This document shows, piece by piece, positions 9,967-18,914 of a stretch of 62,933 nt of DNA. The stretch's first letter is position 1, and the number at the start of each line of letters is the position of its first letter. The stretch is from Desulfurococcaceae archaeon (GTDB lineage Archaea; Thermoproteota; Thermoprotei_A; Sulfolobales; Desulfurococcaceae), in the NCBI GenBank assembly GCA_038888155.1, contig JAWAJB010000005.1:1-62933 (forward strand), read 5' to 3'. Position numbers and translations under genes: made by a program. The notes under the pieces are model-generated. The model was not told the origin of the DNA, did no database searches, and was given only the letters and a program-made list of their open reading frames with translations.

Positions 9967-10946
9967 TCAAAGAGCTTAAAAAGTACTTCCCCGTTAAACT
10001 AGGACTATTATCTAGGCCGAAATACATACGTGCAGTAGATGGCGTTAGCTTCAGCCTTCAAAGAGGATGTACTATTGGTGTTGTCGGCGAGTCTGGCTCA
10101 GGGAAGAGCACACTAGGCTTAACTATTTTGAGGTTGTTGGAGCCATCTTCAGGTGACATAATTTTCGAAGGCATAGACATTACAAGGTTGCCCCAAAGTG
10201 AACTAAAGTTCTTCAGGAAATCTACCGGTATCGTTTTTCAGGATCCTTTTTCTTCCTTGAACCCTAGGATGAAAATTAAGAACATCCTTGAAAGGCCTCT
10301 GAGAATACATATGCCTTACTTAGATCAAGATAGTACCTTAGACATCATAGCTAAGGCTTTAGAGGACGTTGGCTTAAGTTGTGAGCACCTTGATAGATAC
10401 CCTCACGAACTGTCTGGGGGACAACAACAACGCGTAGCCATAGCGAGAGCAATCGTGCTCAAGCCTAAGTTGATTGTTCTAGATGAGCCAACGTCATCTC
10501 TAGATGTGTCTATACAGTCTCAAATACTCAATCTACTCTTAGAACTCCAGGGAAAGTACGAATTGGCATATATATTTATTACACATGATTTGCTGATGGC
10601 TAGACACGTAAGTGATGTACTGCTAGTAATGTACGCAGGTAAAATAATTGAGTTTGGTGGCTCCTCATTAGTCTATACCGCCCCAAAGCACCCCTATACG
10701 GCTTTGCTGATTTCTTCGATACCTTACCCAGAACCTAAAGTAGCTAAATTACGGAAAGAGCTATCAATCCGAGGGGAACCTCCAAGCCTAGTAAACCCTC
10801 CACCTGGTTGTAGGTTTCACCCCAGGTGCCCATTCGCTACAGAGAAGTGCAGCAGGGAGGAACCCCCTCTAATGGAAGTGAACAAAAACCACTTTGTGGC
10901 GTGTCACCGCGCTTCCGAGCTAAGCTTTGATCTCGATTTGCACTAA
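9951..10946 (+). CDS. dppF: Peptide ABC transporter ATPase
   Basis: AVDGVSF, GESGSGKS, YPHELSGGQQQR, LDEPTSSLD, HPYT, Cys-rich tail. Confidence 0.93.
   Translation: MDLLVVKELKKYFPVKLGLLSRPKYIRAVDGVSFSLQRGCTIGVVGESGSGKSTLGLTILRLLEPSSGDIIFEGIDITRLPQSELKFFRKSTGIVFQDPFSSLNPRMKIKNILERPLRIHMPYLDQDSTLDIIAKALEDVGLSCEHLDRYPHELSGGQQQRVAIARAIVLKPKLIVLDEPTSSLDVSIQSQILNLLLELQGKYELAYIFITHDLLMARHVSDVLLVMYAGKIIEFGGSSLVYTAPKHPYTALLISSIPYPEPKVAKLRKELSIRGEPPSLVNPPPGCRFHPRCPFATEKCSREEPPLMEVNKNHFVACHRASELSFDLDLH
10794..10907 (+). repeat. 114-bp exact direct repeat, copy 2 (in dppF)
   Basis: Identical to 9811-9924, including synonymous positions. Confidence 0.95.
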
Positions 10947-10952
10947 TAACAA

Positions 10953-12542
10953 TCAGTGTTTATTGAATTTTCTCAAAATAGCACCTGGTCTCTGCTCACT
11001 ATTAACTCTACCGTTTTCAACTACTGCTTTACCGTTTACTATTACCCACTTTATCCCAGTTGGATAAGAGTGTGGATTATTGAAGGTTGCAGTGTCATTT
11101 ATCTTAAAGTAATCGAAGATCACGAGATCTGCCTTGAAACCCGGCCTAATTAAACCTCTGTCCCAGATCTTCAATTTCCTGGCTGGTAAGAGCGTCATTT
11201 TTCTAATAGCCTCAGTCAAAGAGACAGCCTTTCTCTCTCTGACGTATTTTGCAATTACTCTTGGAAATGTCCCATAAGACCTCGGATGGGGCTTTCCCTC
11301 TCCTAGCTTCCTTATCGACCCATCACTACCTATAGCTATAAGAGGATGAGAAATAACTTTTTCAACTTCCTCTGGATTTATAGTGAATCCAACTATATCC
11401 GTTGCAAGTTCATCATCTATTAGGAGCCTTACCATTACTTCGACTGGATCAATGCCAAGTTTTTCTGCTATTTGTGCAATCCTCAAGCCCTCGAATTCTT
11501 TATGTTTGAGCGAGAAAGCTACCTCTATGTCCTCCCATGAAATAGTTCCCTCCTCTGCAGCTAGTTTGCCAGGCTTCCTCTTTAGCTCCTCAATAATGTT
11601 AGGGGCCGAGAGCTTTCTCAAAACATCCTGAGATGGACCTTCCCTATAATCGTCCGGCAGCAGAGCAGTCAGTGATGTAGACCACGCTTCATATGGATAC
11701 GCATCTGCGCTAACATCATACCCTCTTGTGGCATAATCAGATATTAGGTCTAAAGCTATTCTAACCTTGCCCCAGTTGGCTCTTCCTACTGATTTTAAAT
11801 GAGATATTTCTACGCCAACGCCGGCCTCAAGCCCTACTTCAATTGTTTCGATTATCGAATCTATTAACGCAACCCCTTCGCCCCTCATATGGGTTGTATA
11901 TATACCTCCACGCTTCGCTACTACCTGGGTTAAACTGACGATTTCCCACTTGTTACCGTATGAGCTTGGAACGTATATTAGACCTGTGCTCAACCCGAAT
12001 GCTCCCGCATCCATTGCCTCTTCAACGTACATTTTCATTTGTTCTATATCTCTCTCAAGCGGTTTAACGTCATTGAACCCAAGAACAGCTGATCTAACAG
12101 TTCCATGACCAACTAATGGGATAACGTTTAAGGAGGGCTTCGAGTTATCTAATGCATCTAAGTACTCTTTGAAGCTATTCCAAGTAACATTAACTTCGGG
12201 GTATATGATTTTAATTTCACGCATATACTCTGCTCTGTTTATGTCTGTAAGGGGAGCCGGAGAGTAGCCGCAGTTTCCAATGACAATTGATGTAACGCCC
12301 TGCATAATATAATTGTCCCCAGTTGGTAACTCAAGTATGGATACATCGCTGTGGTTGTGCATATCTATGAAGCCCGGAGCTAAGATTAGATCACTTGCGT
12401 CTATAATGCTATCGGCCTTTTCCCCGGAGAGATCTCCTATAGTTTTGATTGTATCTCCGGCAATTCCTACGTCCGCTTTAAAAGGAGGGGCTCCCGAGCC
12501 ATCAACTACTATAGCTCTTTTAATGATGAGATCTAACTCCAA
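10953..12542 (-). CDS. N-acyl-D-amino-acid deacylase (D-aminoacylase) family amidohydrolase, paralog A
   Basis: PGFIDMHNHSD, GNCG, GLSTGLIY, HMR, SHLK, YPY, GSDG, HPRSYGTFPR. Confidence 0.9.
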   Translation of the reverse strand: MELDLIIKRAIVVDGSGAPPFKADVGIAGDTIKTIGDLSGEKADSIIDASDLILAPGFIDMHNHSDVSILELPTGDNYIMQGVTSIVIGNCGYSPAPLTDINRAEYMREIKIIYPEVNVTWNSFKEYLDALDNSKPSLNVIPLVGHGTVRSAVLGFNDVKPLERDIEQMKMYVEEAMDAGAFGLSTGLIYVPSSYGNKWEIVSLTQVVAKRGGIYTTHMRGEGVALIDSIIETIEVGLEAGVGVEISHLKSVGRANWGKVRIALDLISDYATRGYDVSADAYPYEAWSTSLTALLPDDYREGPSQDVLRKLSAPNIIEELKRKPGKLAAEEGTISWEDIEVAFSLKHKEFEGLRIAQIAEKLGIDPVEVMVRLLIDDELATDIVGFTINPEEVEKVISHPLIAIGSDGSIRKLGEGKPHPRSYGTFPRVIAKYVRERKAVSLTEAIRKMTLLPARKLKIWDRGLIRPGFKADLVIFDYFKINDTATFNNPHSYPTGIKWVIVNGKAVVENGRVNSEQRPGAILRKFNKH

Positions 12543-12680
12543 AATCCCAGCCTTAAAACGACATTTTACCTAATCGTGCCTCAGCCTTATAAGTATCGAG
12601 TCATCGTTCATAGTCGCACCCACCCAAAGTCAAACAATTTAATAATTTCTAGTTCACATATGTCTTGCAGGGGATATAAT

Positions 12681-14276
12681 GTGGCGACTTACGACATCGT
12701 AATAAAGCATGGTAAGGTGTTCTCAGGATCTGGTTCTTCCTGGTTTTATGCAGATATTGGGATCAAAAATGGTATAATAAAGAAAGTCGGCTACATAAAA
12801 AACCCGCAGGCTGATACTATCATTGATGCGAGCGGAAAGATAGTTTCTCCTGGCTTCATTGATTCTCACAATCATTCTGACCTAAGCATCATGGCTTATC
12901 CCGATGCCACAAATGCACTTCTTCAAGGTGTTACTACTATTATTATTGGAAACTGCGGCTTCTCAGCGGCGCCAGCACTGAGTAAAAAGAGAGATCTCCT
13001 CTATAGGTACTGGTCAACTCTAGGACCTCTTCCAGTTGAAATAACTTGGAATAGCTTTGGCGAATATCTAGATCAACTTGAGAGAGTAAAACCTGCAGTG
13101 AATATAGCACCATTGGTTGGTCATGGAACGCTTAGAATTGCCGCTATGGGATTTGACGCTAGATCTCCTGATCAACAGGAGATGAATTTGATTAAATCTC
13201 TACTTGTTGAATCTCTAAACGCTGGAGCTTTTGGCATTTCAACGGGACTAATATATCCTCCTGGAAGCTTTTCTAGTACTTCTGAGCTAATAGAATTAGC
13301 AAAAGTGGTGGCCGAGCACGGGGGAATTTACGTTTCCCACATAAGAGGAGAGTCGCACACTTTAATTCCGGCCGTTCAAGAAGCAATTGAGATAGGTAAG
13401 CAAGCTAAAATCCCCGTAGAGATAAGCCATCACAAAGCCTCTGGTAAAGACAATTGGGGCAAAGTTAAGGAGACCTTAAAGCTTATTGAGGACGCCAGAG
13501 GCGCTGGCGTGGAGGTTAATTGCGATGTATACCCATATACTGCTGGTATGACAATGCTATCGGCTGTCCTACCTAAGTGGGCGCACGAGGGAGGTATCGA
13601 GGCATTGATCTCAAGGTTAAGAGACCCCTTAATGCGAGCTAGAATTCGAGAGCAAATGGAGAAGGATACCTCCACATGGGAGAACTTCGCAAGACAAATC
13701 GGGTGGGAAAACATTGTTGTTTCTTACTCTGATAAGTGTAAATATTGCGAAGGCAAAAGCATTGCTGAGATAAGCAAAGCATGGAATTTAGATCCATACG
13801 ATGTTGTATTTGAAATATTAATTAAGGATGAATGCAAGTCTACAATGATTACTCACTCTATGCGAGAAGAGGATGTTGTAGAGGTCATAAAAAGTCCTTT
13901 TAGCATGATCGGCTCCGATTCGTGGGTTCTGCCAACAGAGGGAAGGGCCCACCCGCGGTTCTTTGGCACTTTTCCTAGAATAATCAAAAGGTATGTTAAG
14001 GAATTGGGAGCCCTGAGGTTAGAGGAGGCAGTTAGAAAAATGACAACGCTTCCAGCTGAGAAGTTTAGATTGTTTGATCGTGGATATATAGGACTTGGGT
14101 ATAAGGCAGATATTGTAATATTTGACTTCAAAAAAATAAGCGATCAAGCCACATTCGAAGAGCCTACGAAGCTCCCTATAGGAATTGAGTACGTTATAGT
14201 CAATGGAACTCTAGCTGTAGAAGAAGGAGTAGTAACTAAAGTCAGATCTGGCGAAGTTATACGTAGATCCGAGTAG
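12681..14276 (+). CDS. N-acyl-D-amino-acid deacylase (D-aminoacylase) family amidohydrolase, paralog B
   Basis: PGFIDSHNHSD, GNCG, STGLIYPPG, HIR, SHHK, YPY, GSD, HPRFFGTFPR; start moved from 12576 to GTG 12681 (purine-rich SD-like GGGGA, alignment with paralog A). Confidence 0.9.
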   Translation: MATYDIVIKHGKVFSGSGSSWFYADIGIKNGIIKKVGYIKNPQADTIIDASGKIVSPGFIDSHNHSDLSIMAYPDATNALLQGVTTIIIGNCGFSAAPALSKKRDLLYRYWSTLGPLPVEITWNSFGEYLDQLERVKPAVNIAPLVGHGTLRIAAMGFDARSPDQQEMNLIKSLLVESLNAGAFGISTGLIYPPGSFSSTSELIELAKVVAEHGGIYVSHIRGESHTLIPAVQEAIEIGKQAKIPVEISHHKASGKDNWGKVKETLKLIEDARGAGVEVNCDVYPYTAGMTMLSAVLPKWAHEGGIEALISRLRDPLMRARIREQMEKDTSTWENFARQIGWENIVVSYSDKCKYCEGKSIAEISKAWNLDPYDVVFEILIKDECKSTMITHSMREEDVVEVIKSPFSMIGSDSWVLPTEGRAHPRFFGTFPRIIKRYVKELGALRLEEAVRKMTTLPAEKFRLFDRGYIGLGYKADIVIFDFKKISDQATFEEPTKLPIGIEYVIVNGTLAVEEGVVTKVRSGEVIRRSE

Positions 14277-14438
14277 ATGTCTGCTGTTAGTTTTTCTATT
14301 AATTGACCTTTTACATAAGAATATATAGCTGAGTTTTTATTCACATCCAAGAAATTGACTGTTATCTCACTCAGCATTATTAATTAAAAACAACACTTAA
14401 TACCTTGGTTTACCTTCAATCTCATAGGGGCTAAATAA

Positions 14439-15203
14439 ATGACCCGGAACATTAAGATCCTAGATGTTGTACCAGTGATTTTAACTGAAATGAGCAGGCT
14501 CGAGTACAGGAAAGAGTTATTCAGAGAGATACGCAACGCTACTAACGGGCTAGTATCAATAGATGTAATCTACCTCGAGAAAGGGGTCGCGTCGATCGAA
14601 TCTGCATACGATGAGTACGTCAGCGCTCCCTACATTCTCGAGAAAGTTGTGTGGGCCGAAGAAAACAGCTACGACGCTGTAATCATTGATTGCTTTGGAG
14701 ATCCAGCGCTGGATGCAGCGCGGGAGCTTGTCAGGATACCTGTAGTGGGCCCAAATCAGGCATCAACCCACTTAGCAGCACTAATTGCCTCTAGGTTTTC
14801 AATAATTAATATCCTGAGAGAAACGGAGAATTTGGTAAGATCATTAGTAACTAAGTATGGTTTAGTAAATCATCTTGCATCTATAGAGAACATCGAAATG
14901 CCTGTTTTAGATCTTAGAAAAGATCCAGATAAACTTCTTGAAAAGATCGTGGAATCGGCTAAGAGGGCTTTCAATGAACACTCGGCTAATGCTGTAGTTC
15001 TAGGGTGCACTGGTATGTCATTTGTAGCAGATATGGCTGAAGAGAGGCTACGTTCCATCGGTATAGAAATGCCTGTAATAGACCCGCTTAGAACAGCGAT
15101 TCATACCGCTGTTTCGTTGGTATTGCTAGGCAAGTCGCATAGTAAACTGGCATACAGTAGACCTAGGAGAAAGCACAGAGTGGCTGATTTTAAAATTGTT
15201 TAA
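14439..15203 (+). CDS. Hydantoin/allantoin racemase (Asp/Glu/hydantoin racemase family)
   Basis: SIES..DE, two catalytic Cys motifs DCFGDP and LGCTGM, PVIDP. Confidence 0.88.
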   Translation: MTRNIKILDVVPVILTEMSRLEYRKELFREIRNATNGLVSIDVIYLEKGVASIESAYDEYVSAPYILEKVVWAEENSYDAVIIDCFGDPALDAARELVRIPVVGPNQASTHLAALIASRFSIINILRETENLVRSLVTKYGLVNHLASIENIEMPVLDLRKDPDKLLEKIVESAKRAFNEHSANAVVLGCTGMSFVADMAEERLRSIGIEMPVIDPLRTAIHTAVSLVLLGKSHSKLAYSRPRRKHRVADFKIV

Positions 15204-15420
15204 ATAGAAAACCCGCTAGAATTTTAATATTTATCTGAAGCCTTTTTCTTGGACACAGTCTCATTTAATCATAAGCATAGCACTTTAATGTGCGTTAAAG
15301 TCAACATAAGTCTTTAAACCTTAGCAATACCAACAACAGCTCGAGAAATTAGCCTTTTTTTATGTATGGGTTTAATTTTGCTTTTTAGTTATTCTACACA
15401 TAATTCCTGACGGTGTTTGC

Positions 15421-16650
15421 ATGAAAAGCAAGAGCGTTTTACTAGTAGGAGTCGGCAAACAAGGTAGAGCTGCATTGTGGGATTTAATAAATAGCAATGT
15501 CGTTTCGAAGGTAATAGCCGTAGACACGGTGAGTAGTGCCGAGGAGTACGTCAGGAGGTTGGGGTCAGATAAAGCATCTTTTGTTAACGCTGACTTAAGA
15601 GATCGCACTAAGATATTAGAGTTGGCCAAAGAAGTAGACTTAATCGTGTATTTAGGCCCAGCTAAATACACGCATGATATGATCAGATTGGCAGTCGAGG
15701 CCGGAAAACACTTAGTCAACGCAAACTACTTAATACCTCCTGATACCTCGTTAGACCCTGTAAGGTATCGAGCCCTTAAGGAGAACATAGATAAGCTGAA
15801 CTCGATCGCAGAAGAAGCTGGTATAACTGTTCTACCCGAGTTCGGCTTAGATCCCGGCATAGATCTAGTCCTAGTTGGTCAAGCTATTAGAGAGCTCAGC
15901 GTTGTAGAAGAGCTATATACCTATGGAACTGGTATACCAGATCATCAAGCAGCTGCCACAAATCCCCTTAAATACAAAGTCACTTGGACCTTCGAGGGCG
16001 TTCTAAACGCGTATAAACGACCTGCTCGTATAATTCGTGAAAGCAACATTGAAGTGATACCAGCTACTGAAATATTTTCTAAACAATACTGTCACGAAGA
16101 GGAATTTGAAGGGCTTGGAAAGCTTGATGTGTATCCTAATGGGGATGCTGTAGAGTTTGCTGCAATTTTCAACATATTAGGAGACCTTAAGCATTCAGCT
16201 CGATATAGCGCTAGGTGGCCTGGACACTGCGATTTCTGGAAGAAACTTGTAGATCTTCACTTCTTAGACGAAGAGCCTATAAGGGTAGACAGCGCCTCTG
16301 TATCCCCCAGGAAGTTCCTAGCAGCTCTGCTCGAGCCCCAGCTGCAGCTAAAGGAGGGCGAGAGGGACATAGCGCTAGTTCGCGTCGACGCTCGAGGGGT
16401 TAAGGGAGGCAAGTACGCTAGAGTAGTTTACCAGCTCTTAGACTACAGGGACCTCGAGACTGGGTTCACTGCAATGCAGAGGACAACTGGCTTTACTGCT
16501 AGCGTTGGGGCGCAGATGATCTTAAGGGGGGATATAAGCAAGAGGGGGATACTGTTCCCGGGCACAGATGTGCCGTTCGATGTATTAACAGCAGAACTTG
16601 AAAAAAGAGGCATGAAAATTACCCACATAGTAGAAGAACAACATAGGTAG
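15421..16650 (+). CDS. Saccharopine dehydrogenase / L-lysine 6-dehydrogenase family oxidoreductase
   Basis: Rossmann GVGKQG, GLDPG, NPLKYKVTW..EG, RWPGH, TAMQRTTGF. Confidence 0.85.
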   Translation: MKSKSVLLVGVGKQGRAALWDLINSNVVSKVIAVDTVSSAEEYVRRLGSDKASFVNADLRDRTKILELAKEVDLIVYLGPAKYTHDMIRLAVEAGKHLVNANYLIPPDTSLDPVRYRALKENIDKLNSIAEEAGITVLPEFGLDPGIDLVLVGQAIRELSVVEELYTYGTGIPDHQAAATNPLKYKVTWTFEGVLNAYKRPARIIRESNIEVIPATEIFSKQYCHEEEFEGLGKLDVYPNGDAVEFAAIFNILGDLKHSARYSARWPGHCDFWKKLVDLHFLDEEPIRVDSASVSPRKFLAALLEPQLQLKEGERDIALVRVDARGVKGGKYARVVYQLLDYRDLETGFTAMQRTTGFTASVGAQMILRGDISKRGILFPGTDVPFDVLTAELEKRGMKITHIVEEQHR

Positions 16651-16815
16651 AGTTCCTCTCTTCTATAATGAGCGTTCAAAAGTCTTCAAAAATGATTTTT
16701 CGAGGCTCAATCTCCTCAATATTTTTCCATCCAAGTATTTGTCGCACAGCTACCAGTGCGTTATTAGCGTACGTAGGCATATCATATGGGCTTTAACTTA
16801 GAGCTTCCATAATAG

Positions 16816-17592
16816 CTATTGAAAGGCTATATTCCTAAGTGAGAACACATAGTTCCGCATAATGGCAATAACAAGGGAAATTGATAAAATCCAAATAGCT
16901 ATAAAGAGCGCATACCTCCATGGCTTATTTACTGAGAGCCAATCAGGCAAATTAAACTTTATATATGGTACTAAAAATGGAACCTTAGTAGCGTAAGTTA
17001 AGTACCTTTCCCCGTAGGTATTTATTAAAGATTTTTCCTCGAGACTTGCCATAATTAGGTAGCTCACGAGAAGAGTAATCCACCCTATTATAGAGGCCGG
17101 CCTTAGAGACTTAATTGTTAACCCTAATGCTAGGAGAATCAAACCCAAGTACTGAGGGTGCCGCACTAACCTATACATCCCCCCGGTCATTAATCCGCGT
17201 CTCTTCTTCAAGTTGATCAACCACTGAGTGAAAGAATACACAAAAATTATAGACCCAGCGCAAACTAGTATTAAGTCTATCAGTCCCCAATTGAAAATGG
17301 TAGGAAGCAAAATTCCATGTTCTTCATTGAGCTGTATTGCATATGTTAGCCAATACAAGCTCTCGCCAGGTCGAAAAGGATCTGGTATATCTTTAAGGAC
17401 TGGCCAGGGCCACGTAAGAAATGCGTATAAGCCTATCGGTATAAACATGATGAAGAGCAGTGGATTCAAAATAACAGCTAGGGATGGAAGAATGTTAACT
17501 AAGGTAATTGCGAGCAGGATAATCCTGTTGATGAATTTAATTTTAATCTTCAACAAACTCACCCTGAGCCTCGATTTGCTAGCAATGAACAT
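16816..17592 (-). CDS. ICMT/PEMT-family integral membrane methyltransferase
   Basis: Multiple TM segments; G.Y..VRHPQYLG and EE..L..YG..Y..Y...VP motifs. Confidence 0.75.
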   Translation of the reverse strand: MFIASKSRLRVSLLKIKIKFINRIILLAITLVNILPSLAVILNPLLFIMFIPIGLYAFLTWPWPVLKDIPDPFRPGESLYWLTYAIQLNEEHGILLPTIFNWGLIDLILVCAGSIIFVYSFTQWLINLKKRRGLMTGGMYRLVRHPQYLGLILLALGLTIKSLRPASIIGWITLLVSYLIMASLEEKSLINTYGERYLTYATKVPFLVPYIKFNLPDWLSVNKPWRYALFIAIWILSISLVIAIMRNYVFSLRNIAFQ

Positions 17593-17649
17593 AAAGCTAT
17601 AATTATACCAACCTTACGATTAATAAAGTGTAAAAGAGGTGTTAAATTC

Positions 17650-18798
17650 GTGCTAAGGCTTCAAACGAAGTTGGATGTTGAGGACTTCGTTAGGGGTTGC
17701 GCTTTCCTTGGTACAGGCGGAGGTGGGGCACCTCAACGGGGCCTTAAGTTGCTGTTAGAAGACCTCGAGAAATTTGGAGAGATTTTAATACATGAACCTC
17801 AGAGCATAAGAGATGAGGCATACGTTGTAACTCCATTTGGTATGGGATCAATTGCCCCAAGAACACCTGAAACTGAGTCGAGGATGCATGCGCTAGGGCT
17901 TGTCAAGAGGATTGGTATAGCCGAAAGAAGGCTTGTTCATGCTGTCATAGAACTTGAAAAATATCTGGGCATAGAATTCGAGGCTATTGTCCCAATAGAG
18001 CTTGGCGGCTCCAATACGCCTGCCCCAGTTGACGTTGCAGTAACGCTTGGTAAAACAGCTGTAGATGGCGATTACGCTGGGAGGGCTATTCCGGAAATAT
18101 CCCAGACAACGCCCTACCTTTACAATATTCCGCCTTACCCTAGCTCCTACGTCGATGAGTATGGAAATAAAATTGTTGTTACAAAGGCTATAAACTACTT
18201 AATGGCAGAAAGAATTGGTAAACTTTACAGCGTGGCAGTTTTCTCGCCTGTGGGCAGCGCTTCATTTGCTATAACCGGTAAAGAAATGAAGAAAATTATT
18301 ATCCCAGGCACGTTAACTGAGTCATATAACATAGGTAAAACTTTGCGTAGGGCGGTAGAAACAGGTAAAGATCCAGCACTAGAAGTCGCGAAGTCGAGGG
18401 ACGGCTTTGTCCTCTTCAAAGGGACTGTTGTAAGAAAGGAATGGGAAGACCGCGAGGGGTATATGTGGGGAACTACCTATATAAGGGGGGTAGAAGAGTT
18501 CGAAGGCCACGATGCTAAAATTTGGTTCAAGAATGAAAACCACATCATGTGGTTTGACGATAAGGTTATTGCCACAAGCCCAGATATTATCGCCGTAATC
18601 GAATCACATAGTGGAGATCCTATTACTAATACGGACATAAAAGAGGGAAAAAGAGTTTCGGTTGTTGGTCTTAAGGCCAGGGATCAGTTTAGAACACCCA
18701 GGGGTATTGAAATATTAGGACCGAGGCATTTCGGCTTTAACATAGATTACATACCAATAGAGATAAGGGCAAAGGAATTCCCATTGTTAAAGCCTTGA
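17650..18798 (+). CDS. DUF917 family protein (thiohydantoin desulfurase-like family)
   Basis: GCAFLGTGGGG, ELGGSNT, DGDYAGRAIPE, FKNENH, PDII, GPRHFG. Confidence 0.85.
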   Translation: MLRLQTKLDVEDFVRGCAFLGTGGGGAPQRGLKLLLEDLEKFGEILIHEPQSIRDEAYVVTPFGMGSIAPRTPETESRMHALGLVKRIGIAERRLVHAVIELEKYLGIEFEAIVPIELGGSNTPAPVDVAVTLGKTAVDGDYAGRAIPEISQTTPYLYNIPPYPSSYVDEYGNKIVVTKAINYLMAERIGKLYSVAVFSPVGSASFAITGKEMKKIIIPGTLTESYNIGKTLRRAVETGKDPALEVAKSRDGFVLFKGTVVRKEWEDREGYMWGTTYIRGVEEFEGHDAKIWFKNENHIMWFDDKVIATSPDIIAVIESHSGDPITNTDIKEGKRVSVVGLKARDQFRTPRGIEILGPRHFGFNIDYIPIEIRAKEFPLLKP

Positions 18799-18914
18799 TC
18801 CAAAGGCATTTTTACTATAACTTTTACAAATCTACATCAAGGAATTCAGTTTTGTGTTGCGGGGTAAATAAACCGAATGTGCGTAGATATGCATATGATG
18901 ATGTTGATGGCTTT

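Noticed and set aside
9811-10907. Diversity-generating retroelement TR/VR pair
   Set aside because: Copies are identical with no adenine-specific mismatches, and no reverse transcriptase is present.
12576-12680. N-terminal extension of D-aminoacylase B
   Set aside because: Occupies the divergent promoter region; GTG 12681 aligns with the paralog start.
15282-15301. ACTTTAATG-TG-CGTTAAAGT palindrome as an operator
   Set aside because: AT-rich, single occurrence, no matching copies found upstream of other cluster genes.
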